A stretch of 64,000 nt of DNA from Eledone cirrhosa. Taxonomy: Eukaryota. The stretch spans positions 24,366,001-24,430,000 of the forward strand of contig OZ024761.1 in assembly GCA_964016885.1 (NCBI GenBank), in the 5' to 3' direction. Of this stretch, positions 29,824 to 40,800 are shown in pieces. Each line of letters starts with the position of its first letter. Within the stretch, counting starts at the first letter, position 1. A program made the translations under genes and the position numbers. The notes beneath the pieces are model-generated. The model had not been told where the DNA came from. It searched no databases and was given only the letters and a program-made list of their open reading frames with translations.

Positions 29824-30882
29824 CACCAAGAACGATCGTCCCACGATCTGACACCTCGAAATATCGGCAAAATAAACTCTACTCTCAAAGACGCCATCTT
29901 ACACTTAACATGCGGGGAGTACGAATTTGTTGCCTCGTTTTTGGAGGACTGAGTTGTGGGAGGAGGAAGGGGAGTAGTGGAAGGGAGGGTTATCAGCAGA
30001 CCCCGTCTGGTTAACAACTGCTGAAAGCTCCTGAGCTACCCTAAATCGTCACGCTAAGTCCTTTTCGCATGATATAAGTAAGTTGGGCGATAGGAAAATC
30101 GAAAGATTCAGCGCACTTCAGATGCTTCACCGTTGTAGTTAACCAATGAGGGGTGGGGATGAGGGCGTCATCTGAGGTGCTGTGTCGCTAAACAAATAAG
30201 CAGCGAAACCGTTAATCGCTAATGACTCTGTTGGCTTTCTGCATCCTCACATTGTAAGTGTAAGTGCACACACAATACATGTGGGTGGGTTGCGTTCTGT
30301 AAGTTAGTAAGTTCAAAACATGGAGTGGAAGCAGACGGAGAGGGCGACCCCCCCCCCAAAAAAAAAATTAACTGAAACAAAATGAACTGGCGCCAGACAG
30401 TTGAGAGGGACCTGCGAGCGACAAGCAGACAATGGCGGGACGCTGTGCAACTGGCTGCTGACCGAACGCGGTGGAACCCTATGATTGCCTCATGCGTCTG
30501 AGTCTGAAGTGTTAAGAAATGGAATTGCTTAGATATAGTACTTTAATATAAAGGCATTAAACATGGGTTTTATTGAAAATCCAATGTGGGCTTGCCGAGT
30601 AGTGTTAAGGTTGCAATCAAAAAGACTGTTGTTTAAGTGAAAATGAATGGAGTTACTTATGTTTAAAAGGACAATTCGTGTAATGTAAATTCAATAGGGA
30701 ACGCACGCGTTTATACACCAAGAACAATCGTCCCACGATCCGACACCTCGAAATATCGGCAAAATAAACTCTACTCTCAAAGACGGCATGTTACAATTAA
30801 CATGCGGGGAGTACGAATTTGTTGTCTCGTTTTTGGAGGACTGAGTTGTGGGAGGAGGAAGGGGAGTAGTGGGAGGGAGGGT
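29824..30882 (+). repeat. Direct repeat pair of about 165 bp (29824-29990 and 30716-30882)
   Basis: caccaagaac.atcgtcccacgatc...gggagggtt occurs twice with few substitutions. Confidence 0.92.
30320..30510 (+). mobile_element. RTE-like LINE 3' end
   Basis: RGRP...NWRQTVERDL...LAADRTRW. Confidence 0.65.
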
Positions 30883-31263
30883 TTAACATAGAGTAGTAGT
30901 AGTAGTAGTAGTATCTCCTCTTCCCCCCCTCTCTCACTGAAACGTCTTCTCTTTATTCCTCCATTGTAAAGATTTCCCCATGGGTCCCATTATTGAATTT
31001 TATTAAAATCCAATTCCAATTGGCCAGACATGTTTCTGAATATTAGCTTAACATGTGTGTAAAGTTTCATCAGGATCGGACCACTAGTGTAGGCGCCAAC
31101 TGGTTATACACAGATACATGTATATGTATATATGTATATATGTCTATGTATGTATGTATATGTCATATATATATATAGATTTTGAGTTTATGGGCATATC
31201 AGAGTATTGACAATATTATGCACCTCAACAACATATGTACTTGTCTATACCATACTAATTCAA

Positions 31264-31318
31264 ACTGCCGGAAGAGGTCACAGCCAAAGATGGCTGTCAC
31301 TGAAATATATATAGCAGT
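31264..31318 (+). ncRNA. Hammerhead fold with CGGAAGA core
   Basis: actgc-CGGAAGA-ggtc acagcca(aaga)tggctgt cact-GAAA-TATATA-TA-gcagt. Confidence 0.7.
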
Positions 31319-31363
31319 AATAAACGAAGCTAAATTTTAATCATTTGACTTTTTATTTAACTT

Positions 31364-31397
<34 letters not shown>

Positions 31398-31403
<6 letters not shown>

Positions 31404-31661
31404 AATATTAACAAAATAGATAATCTTGTGATCAATTATATGTTATTATACATATTTCAGAGGTACTGAGTTAAGTTCAACAGTACGTCCTCATGAGATA
31501 AAATAAAATGATACATGTATCATTTTATTTTATTACCATGTATCATTTTATTTTATTTTATCTGATGAGGACGTACTGTTGAACCTAACTCAGTACCTCT
31601 GAAATATGTATAATAAAATATAATTGATCACAAGAATATCTATTTTGTTAATATTTTGAAT
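31398..31661. repeat. Palindrome of about 260 bp (fold-back insertion) with a hammerhead in each arm
   Basis: Arms of about 115 bp with few mismatches; abuts (TA)n. Confidence 0.9.
31554..31620 (+). ncRNA. Type I hammerhead ribozyme fold
   Basis: tattttat-CTGATGA-gga c gtactg...cagtac c tct-GAAA-TATGTA-TA-ataaaata. Confidence 0.78.
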
Positions 31662-31761
31662 TAATATTTATAACTCTGGAAAACCTTTTTACCGTTGAGT
31701 GCTTCCAATCTACTGTAAAACTCATTCTTTGATGTATTCATTGAACCTTGTTTAACTCTTA

Positions 31762-31845
31762 TAATAATACATTTGAAGACTAAAATCCAAAGAGGGGTGA
31801 AAGCAACGATTCCTTGCTTAAACTTTAATCTGTTATTTTAATAAA
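31762..31845 (+). mobile_element. Internally deleted derivative of the 28968-29130 repeat
   Basis: tttgaagactaaaatccaaagaggg fused to gggtgaaagcaacg...ttttaataaat. Confidence 0.75.
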
Positions 31846-31877
31846 TATATATATATAATATGCATATATTATTTATT

Positions 31878-32058
31878 TAGTATCGGTAGAGGGTCGGACG
31901 CCATGCTTTGACGCATAGTTACGGCCCTTGCCATTCTTAGTTCAACTCCCGCCGAGGTTAACTTTGCCTTTCATCCTTACGGGGTCGATAAAATAAAGTA
32001 CCAGTAATGGACTGGGATAATTGCTGGCCTCCTGTGCCAATAGTAGAAACAATTATTT
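31878..32058 (+). mobile_element. tRNA-derived SINE
   Basis: Family body and tail present. Confidence 0.9.
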
Positions 32059-32139
32059 ATTTATACATGATATTTATATATTATATATAAAAATGATATA
32101 AATATATATATACATATATTTTATTATTTTATGTTTTGC

Positions 32140-32610
32140 GATGACCTCCCCTTTCCGCTAGATGGCAGTGTGAGATTGCTCATTGTGAGATTGCTCATTG
32201 TGAGACTGCTGGCATTTCAAATTTGGCGGTCATTCTAGCACGGAGGAGTACCATCGCTGAACATTAATATCGGTAAGTTTTTTTTTATATCGATATTTGT
32301 CGGGCATCCACTGATGATTTATAAGTGCCCACCTACATATATTCCTACGGACTATGTGTAGGCTTCGACATAACCTGGACATTATTTTCCCAATTTGTAG
32401 AAAACTTATAATGAAACGAGCGTTTGGAAAGAGAGATGTATTTTAATTATGTCTCATATAAAATAATACAACTGGCTATCCGCAAAATACGTATAGTTAG
32501 CACCCCAAACGTATAATTGGGATTATACTAAGGTATATCCTAATGTTTGTTGAGTGAGGCAGAAGCCGGTCGGAGTATTGCTTAAAGCTTTCTCTGTTAA
32601 TGTATTAAAT
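32140..32610 (+). mobile_element. Element of about 480 bp, Penelope pLTR/retrozyme-like, copy 2
   Basis: Homologous to 20465-20955. Confidence 0.7.
32307..32428 (+). ncRNA. Hammerhead ribozyme fold with 95-nt branched stem II
   Basis: tcca-CTGATGA-(t ttataag...cttataa t)-GAAA-CGAGCG-TT-tgga. Confidence 0.7.
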
Positions 32611-32622
32611 ATATATATACAT

Positions 32623-32980
32623 ATATTGTTATGCTTTGGGAGGGTCATGTTGCCAATAAGAAACACATGCACCAGTTGCTTTCACTCCAATTTATTATAA
32701 ATTAAATTTATAAATTTAAGTATTTATATATGTCCGGTTGGTTGGTTGGTTGGTTCCACAACCAGACGATTGTTCATATATTGACAATATATGAACAACC
32801 GTCCGGTTGTGGAACCAACCAACCAACCAGAAATTTATAAATACTTAAATTTATAAATTTAATTTAGAATAAATTGGAGTGAAAGCGGTGGTGCGTGTGT
32901 TTCTTATTGGCAACATGACCCTCCCAAAGTGTAACAATATCGGTTTCAACACACGTTTTCAGATAATGAATCTTGCTAAA
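32623..32980. mobile_element. Repeat family B forming a palindrome of about 320 bp (32623-32940)
   Basis: Centre catatattg a caatatatg; the tail at 32940-32980 matches the reverse complement of 15672-15695. Confidence 0.85.
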
Positions 32981-33397
32981 GAAATTCAGAAACGATATAT
33001 ACATAGATATTTCTATATATTTATTATTACTCTATCCTAGTGACTTAAATGGATGCGGTTCCAGCCCTTGACTCACGATGGTAAGGTAGGTCTGTAAACT
33101 TATTGGATTTTAAACAACATACTATGAATGTTAACTAAATTACGATGTTGGTTTACATACTTCTGTATTGGTTGCCCCTCCTCTCTCTGTGGTGGTGATG
33201 ATAGTGATGATTCCGCTGGCGACGGTGACGATGATATTGGTGATGATGTGATGGCGATAGTGATGATGATGATGTTGTTGTTGGTGATGTTGCTATTGAT
33301 AGTGATGATGATGCTGATGGTCGTGTGTGTGTGTGTGTTGGGGGGGGGGGCTGATGGTGTTGGAAGTAGAAAACGAAGTAATGATGTGAAAAGAAGA

Positions 33398-33480
33398 CTA
33401 CTACTACTGATGAAACTACTACTACTACTGATGAAACTACTACTACTACTACTACTGATGAAACTACTACTACTGATGAA

Positions 33481-33519
<39 letters not shown>

Positions 33520-33591
33520 GATGAAACTACTACTACTACTGATGAAACTACTACTACTACTACTACTGATGAAACTACTACTACTGATGAA

Positions 33592-33627
<36 letters not shown>

Positions 33628-33661
33628 GATGAAACTACTACTACTACTACTACTACTACTA
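33398..33661. repeat. (CTA)n-ctgatgaaa minisatellite
   Basis: Directly visible. Confidence 0.93.
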
Positions 33662-34044
33662 CACAATAGCTTGAATGGACTGGACTGGAATGGTTCTGCA
33701 GTGTATAAGATATGGCCGTTATTTCAATCGTAAATCACTTTGGCAAGGAAATTCCTGAAAAGAGAAGAAAAGAGATGACAAAAGAAGCGAAAGAGAGAAG
33801 AGAAAGGCTTTCGGAATATCCAGGCTCTGCAGAGTCATTAAAATAATGAAGGAAAAGAATCAGCAAAAGAAGGATCACGGAAAGAACAAAGGGAAAATTA
33901 ACAGCGAGAATTGAGAAAGGCTAACAGACTAACAGACCAGTCATTAAGATAAGAGACTCTGCTACTGTGGATTCTTTTACTAAACTATTGCTATTGACCA
34001 ATTTTAAGATTTATGACAACACCGTTTTCACGTTATAATACGAT

Positions 34045-34612
34045 TGTGTGTGTGCTGGTGTGTGTTGGTGTGTGGGGCTGTGTGTTGGTGGTGGTGTGTG
34101 TGTGTGTGTGGAGGAGTATTGGTGTGTGGATGTGTGGGTGTGTATCTGTGTGTATCTGAGGCTTTGTGTGTGTGTATCTGGGGCCGTGTGTGTGGCTTTG
34201 TGTGTGTATATGTGGCTTTGTGTGTGTGGGGTGTGTGTGTGTATCTGTGGCTTTGTGTGTGTATCTGGGGCTGTGTGTATCTGTGGCTTTGTGTGTGTGG
34301 GGGGAGGTGTTATGTGTGTGTGTGTGTATATGTGGCTTTGTGTGTGTGTGTGTGTGTGGGGGGGGGGTGTATATGTGGCTTTGTGTGTGTGTCTGGGGCT
34401 GTGTGTGTGTATCTGTGGCTTTGTGTGTGGGGTGTGTGTGTGTATATGTGGCTTTGTGTGTGTGTGCGGAGGGGGGGGGGATCTGTGGCTGTGTGTGTAT
34501 ATCTGGCTTTGTGTGTGGCTGGCTGTGTGTGTATCTGGCTGTGTGTGTGTGTGTATTCGTTTGTGGGGTGGGGTGTTGGTGTGTGTGTGTATGTATCTGT
34601 GGCTGTGTGTGT
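34045..34612. repeat. (TG)n-atctgtggcttt minisatellite
   Basis: Directly visible. Confidence 0.9.
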
Positions 34613-34984
34613 GGAGGGAGGGGGTCGAGGGGTTATGTGTGTTTTGTTGTTTAATTAGTTCAACCAAGTGTTAGCTTCAGCTGGCTGACTCAATAGATTC
34701 TAGTTAATAGAATAGAATGCTTCTTTCTTGGTGTAGTAATCGCTGTTGTTGCTGTTGTTGACCTCATCATCATCATCATCACCTTTTTCACTGTCATCAT
34801 CTACCAGGAGCTAACAGGCGTCTATTAAAACCAAAGACACCCTTTCCAAATAAACAACGTATTAGTATATTTCTACAATTTATCGTTACTACATATATGG
34901 CTACATATGTCCGTCAGTCCACCCATCTATCTATCAAACCTGTAGGTTGAGGAAGATAAAGAGAGGGAAGACAGGAACACCTAC

Positions 34985-35195
34985 AAAAGGGGTTCCTGGT
35001 GTTGAGGGTTGTTCTATGCACGGTGTGTAAAGCAACCCTGCAGTAACGTACGGCCCTATTGGAGATTTCAATTGTTATTTTGTTATATATAGTTTATTGT
35101 TATTTATTAATGTTAAACTTATATGATTTCTATGTAAAACCCCCGCCATCATGTATTGTAATGTTCCATTTCTTGTACGCCCCTGTGACAAATAA
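34985..35195 (+). mobile_element. Tx1/L1-like LINE 3'UTR
   Basis: tgagggttgttcta...gcccctgtgacaaataaagaaa; related to minus-strand copies at 45470-46122. Confidence 0.55.
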
Positions 35196-35336
35196 AGAAA
35201 GATAGCTATTTATCCATCCATCCACCCATCCATCCATCGTTGAGTAACTCCCAATGGAACCACATGGGTGCCATCATACGCCGTGTATTGGGCATTTGAA
35301 ACCTGGCATTTTATTTCAGATATTTTATATTGTATA

Positions 35337-37395
35337 TTCGGTATTCGTGCCAACCCTTACCTCTGGTCATGAATCTTGGGTAATGACCGAAAGAATACGA
35401 TCACGAATACAAGCGGCCCAAATTGGGTTCCTCCGAAAGGTCTTTGGAGTAATGTTACTTGATAGAGTACGTAGCTCGGAGATCAGAGAGTCACTCCATG
35501 TAGAACTGCTACTTCTCAGAATTGAGAGATCACAGCTCTGATACTATGGACATGTAGTTAGAATGTCTCAGGAAAGAATCACTGGACAGATTTGTAGTTT
35601 GGAAAAATGAGATAGTCACTCCATGTAGAGCTGCTACATCTCCGAATTGAGAGATTACATCTCAGATACTATGGACATGTAGTTAGAATGTCTCAGGAAA
35701 GAATCACTGGACAGATTTGTAGCTTGGAGATGAGATAGTCACTCCATGTAGAGCTGCTACATCTCCGAATTGAGAGATTACATCTCAGATACTATGGACA
35801 TGTAGTTAGAATGTCTCAGGAAAGAATCACTGGACAGATTTGTAGCTTGGAGATGAGATAGTCACTCCATATAGAGCTGCTACTTCTCAGAATTGAGAGA
35901 TCACAGCTAAGATACTATGGACATAATGGTTAGAATGTCTCAGGAAAGAATCACTGGACAGATTTGTAGCTCGGAGATCAGAGTCACTCCATGTAGAGCT
36001 GCTACTTCTCCGAATTGAGAGATTACATCTCAGATACTATGGACATGTAGTTAGAATGTCTCAGGAAAGAATCACTGGACAGATTTTCTAGCTTGGAGAT
36101 CAGAGAGTTGCTCCATGTAGAGCTGCTACTTCTCAGAATTGAGAGATCACAGCTCTGATACTATGGGCATGTAGTTAGAATGTCTCAGGAAAGAATCACT
36201 GGACAGATTTGTAGCTCGGAGATCAGAGAGTCACTCCATGTAGAGCTGCTACTTCTCCGAATTGAGAGATTACATCTCAGATACTATGGCCATGTGGTTA
36301 GAATGTCTCAGGAAAGAATCACTGGACAGATTTGTAGCTCGGAGATCAGAGTCACTCCATGTAGAGCTGCTACTTCTCCGAATTGAGAGATTACATCTCA
36401 GATACTATGGACATGTAGTTAGAATGTCTCAGGAAAGAATCACTGGACAGATTTTCTAGCTTGGAGATCAGAGTTGCTCCATGTAGAGCTGCTACTTCTC
36501 AGAATTGAGAGATCACAGCTCTGATACTATGGGCATGTAGTTAGAATGTCTCAGGAAAGAATCACTGGACAGATTTGTAGCTCGGAGATCAGAGAGTCAC
36601 TCCATGTAGAGCTGCTACTTCTCCGAATTGAGAGATTACATCTCAGATACTATGGCCATGTGGTTAGAATGTCTCAGGAAAGAATCACTGGACAGATTTT
36701 GTAGCTTGGAGATCAGAGAGTCACTCCATGTAGAGCTGCTACTTTTCAGAATTGAGAGATCACAGCTCAGATACTATGGGCATGTAGTTAGAATGTCTCA
36801 GGAAAGAATCACTGGACAGATTTTGTAGCTTGGAGATCAGAGAGTCGCTCCATGTAGAGCTGCTACTTCTCAGAATTGAGAGATCACAGCTCAGATACTA
36901 TGGGCATGTGGTTAGAATGTCTCAGGAAAGAATCACTGGACAGATTGTGTAGCTTGGAGATCAGAGAGTCGCTCCATGTAGAGCTGCTACTTCTCCGAAT
37001 TGAGAGATCACAGCTCAGATACTATGGGCATGTAGTTAGAATGTCTCAGGAATGAATTGCTGGACAGATTTTGTAGCTTGGAGATCAGAGAGTCGCTCCA
37101 TGTAGAGCTGCTACTTCTCAGAATTGAGAGATCACAGCTCTGATACTATGGGCATGTGGTTAGAATGTCTCAGCTAAGAATCACTGGACAGATTTTACGG
37201 GCAAAACCAACAGGTAAGTGACCCCCAGGCAGACCCTGAACAAGATGGTTGGATAACATCCACAAAGCTTGCTGGTCTCGCTTGGGGGTTTTAGCCTGAT
37301 CAATTGGAGATGGTTACATCTGACAGGACTCATGGAAGGATTGTATGACGACCCTGCCCTCACGAACCTCTCGGGAATAAGTGGGCGAAGAAAAA
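35337..37395 (+). mobile_element. RTE (Expander/Rex3-like) LINE 3' fragment with internal tandem expansion
   Basis: PTLTSGHESWVMTERIRSRIQAAQIGFLRKV...RIERSQLRYYGHVVRM, then AKPTGK.PPGRP.TRWLDNI after the array. Confidence 0.9.
35470..37195 (+). repeat. Tandem array of 14 units of 121-124 bp derived from LINE coding sequence
   Basis: Marker agaatgtctcag counted 14 times between about 35560 and 37162. Confidence 0.95.
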
Positions 37396-37729
37396 GGTAA
37401 GTTCATATTATAATATCGTCTCTGCCCACTTTATATATTTCCAAGTTGTTGTATTTCCTACCATAGTAAACTAACCTGTTTTTACCTCAATTTCCATTCA
37501 TGCAGTATTCTGATGCATTAATCTCCTCCAATATTTTATACCTCTGGGGTTTTATATAAGAAATGTATTTTTACAGGTGGTCTTTATTCAAATGTTGATA
37601 ATTCGCGAGATGTAACTGCTATAAATTCAAATATCGTACAGTCGTAACAAATCTTCAATTATATATATTGCTCTGCTCCAAGCATAGAGTTCTCTGTAAC
37701 ATATGCTGTTTTTACATTGTACATCAGTG

Positions 37730-38011
37730 ATTATATTTATATATGTATGTATATATTTATGAATACTGACACACACGCTTATATATACATTTATATTATA
37801 TTATATTTATATATATATATATATATACATATTATATATATATAATATATATAAGTATACATATATATATTATATATAAACACACACACACATATATATT
37901 GTATATTATTTATATATATACATATATATATCATATTATTTATAAATATATATATATATACACTATATGTTGTATATTCATAAATATACATATATATATT
38001 ATATATTATTT

Positions 38012-38042
<31 letters not shown>

Positions 38043-38347
38043 CTATATATTGTATATTCATAAATATATATATATATATTATGTATTATTCATAAATATA
38101 CAACATATAGTGTATATTATATTATTTATAAATATACATATATATATTATATATTAATATATATATATACTATATGTTGTATATTCATAAATATACATAT
38201 ATATATTATATATTATATATATATACTATATATTGTATATTCATAAATATACATATATATATATTATGTATTATTCATAAATATACAACATATAGTGTAT
38301 ATTATATTATTTATTAATATACATATAAATATTATATATACACCGAC

Positions 38348-38370
<23 letters not shown>
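37730..38370. repeat. AT-rich low-complexity sequence and minisatellite
   Basis: Directly visible. Confidence 0.85.
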
Positions 38371-38378
<8 letters not shown>

Positions 38379-39087
38379 ATGACAATGCTATATCATCAAT
38401 CTGTTTCTTCTTATTTAATTAATATTTCATATATTTCGACATATAAATATAAACACACACACTAACACATAAACACACATAGACACGCACACTCACACAA
38501 ACAACCACAACCCCCAACACACAAACCCCCCACCTTCACAGACACATGCACACACACACATCCCCACCCCAAACACACACACACGCACACACACACACAC
38601 GCACACACACACACACACACGCACACACATATATACATACAATTCATCATTTATACAATAAAGTCTCAATAATGTAATTTTTACCGTTAGAGACGCTTGG
38701 AGCGATTTTATCATTTTTCGACAAAAAACTTTCCGAATATGTTTACGTGAGGTTTTTCACGAAATTTATTATTTTCTAAGGAAAAAAAAAAATGTTTGCT
38801 TTTGTAAAATATAGTCGTCATATTGGAAGAAGAACAGTGAAATAGTGTGGCTCAGTAGTTAGTGTTCAGTTGAAGATCCTGATGTTGTCATATCCATCCG
38901 TGGCGGTGCTCTGATTCGTTGAACAAGACATTTTATTTCACATTGTTCTATGTATGTATTTATATATATATATATATAGATATATGTTTGTGTGTGTGTG
39001 TGTGTGTATGAATACAGACGCACACACACACGCATATATATATACACATTTACATTATATATATATATATAATATCTATGCACATAC

Positions 39088-39118
<31 letters not shown>

Positions 39119-39128
39119 ACATACACAC

Positions 39129-39167
<39 letters not shown>

Positions 39168-39257
39168 CGATCTCTAGACCTACCAGTTCAGAGAAAGAAT
39201 TGTCAGCAATGAGATTAAAAACCTATTTTGTATAGCAAACCGTGTCACCCTTTTTTC

Positions 39258-39313
<56 letters not shown>

Positions 39314-39644
39314 CATACATACACATATAATATATATATATTATTATAAATGTAAGCTATCGCCGTATTTTGACTAAAGAAATTAAAGAAATTATTTAGC
39401 CTGATAGTGGGGTTAAGAACCCTCGGAAAAATGGAAAAAGATGAGTATTGACGTACATGGGAGTCGAACCCACATCTTTGGTTATCCAGACCATAGATCA
39501 GAGGTTCTGAGAGGTTTGCCCCCCTCCCACTCACGCCCACATAATATTCTCAGCGCCCTCCACCCCCTATTTCCAGAGAGCCTACCCGCAAATTGTAAAT
39601 AATATATAATTAATAGAATCGTTAATTTATATGTAAAATATAAA

Positions 39645-40390
39645 ATAATCATCATCACCGTTTTACGTCCCTTCTTCCACGCTAGCATGGGTTAGACGGG
39701 TTGTCCTGTTGTGGGCAATGTCTGGTCGGCTGACCATGCCTTGCTCATACAGGAACTGATCTGGCTTGATTTCTACAGCTGGATGCCCTTCCTAACACCA
39801 ACCTCATTTACAGTGAGTGCTAGGTGCTTTTTCGTGGCGCCTACACGTCCACTTTACAGTGTGGGCTGGGTGCTTTTTTGCCGTGGCACCTCCACGACCA
39901 CCTTGCGGTGGGGGATGTGGGGGCATATTGTCTATATACTTGAGTTTGTACCCATGGGAGGTCGGGTACTCTGTATTACTGCGTGACGCCAGAAGTCACG
40001 ATCGTGTCTCATTGCCTTTGAGAGGTGTAATTGGGTAAGGTCGGCTTTTATCACCTCATCCCAGGTCATTTTGGGTCTCCCCACTCCGCGATTTCCATCA
40101 ACTTCTAGGTTCGTCTAGTTCTGACCGTGAGGTCGCTGACAACTAAGCTATGTTGGGATGTACATTCCTCACTAGGGAAGGCTTTTGTGTTTACGACCGT
40201 CTATCTGTCACGTCCTCTGCGAGGATAAAAATCTATCTGACTAGAGTGCTCCCCTGATCTATAGGTGATCAGGTGGTTGTCGGGTTTTTTAAAGTTTGTG
40301 TTACATATCGACATGTCATTGGCGTCGCAGAATTCTAGAAGTCTGAATCCTTCCTCATTCCTTGTGCCAACCCCATGGCCTCCATGTACT
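39645..40390 (-). mobile_element. RTE LINE remnant: APE endonuclease fused to C-terminus and 3' tail
   Basis: HGGHGVGTRNEEGFRLLEFC...NTNFKK...HLITYRSG..SQIDF...QHSLVVSD, then LEVDGNRG.GRPKMTWDEVIK and a (GAT)n tail. Confidence 0.85.
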
Positions 40391-40704
40391 AAAATAATAT
40401 ATAAAATAATATATACTATGTATAAATAAATATATATTTTTTATTTTACTATATTTATATATATGTATCATTTAATATTTAATATAATACTTTATCATCT
40501 CTACTCTCCCCCTTAGGACCTAGCGCTCCCTGGACCTTCTCAACGCCCTATCCTATCCCATCTCTTTCTCTTTCTTCTCTCTCTCTCTCTCTTTCTCCTC
40601 TCCTCTCTCTCTCTCTTCACTCACTCTCTCTCTCTCTCCACTCACTCTCTCTCTCCCGCATATATATATATACAAGCATATAAATACACACACGTATATA
40701 TATA

Positions 40705-40800
40705 TATAGGAAAAAGGATGGGCTTGAGCTCTGCCATCGGGGTCATACTTTTTCCTATTTCCCACTCTACTACCCTAAGTATTGAGTAATCTGGTTCGTT
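40705..40800 (+). mobile_element. Repeat family D copy with a short inverted end
   Basis: Homologous to the reverse complement of 44085-44165; taggaaaaag / ctttttccta. Confidence 0.7.

Larger units (their letters stand above)
29160..31180 (+). mobile_element. Probable non-autonomous Helentron/DINE-1-like element
   Basis: 5' actag...acccggtaatacccggg; 3' aaagtttcatcaggatcgg...microsatellite...tatatagat. Recognised by motif resemblance only. Confidence 0.5.

Noticed and set aside
33041-33080. Micro-exon between cctag and gtaagg
   Set aside because: Only 40 nt, no recognisable peptide and no partner exons.
33398-33661. Repeated CTGATGAAA as tandem hammerhead cores (also 7977-7990, minus)
   Set aside because: CTGATGA and GAAA overlap with no stem II; this is a (CTA)n minisatellite variant.
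35470-37195. CRISPR-like regular array
   Set aside because: Whole units repeat with no unique spacers, the unit is LINE coding sequence, and there are no cas genes.
39420-39540. tRNA gene suggested by the B-box GGTTCGACTCC (minus)
   Set aside because: I could not build a cloverleaf or acceptor stem; more likely a tRNA-derived repeat head.
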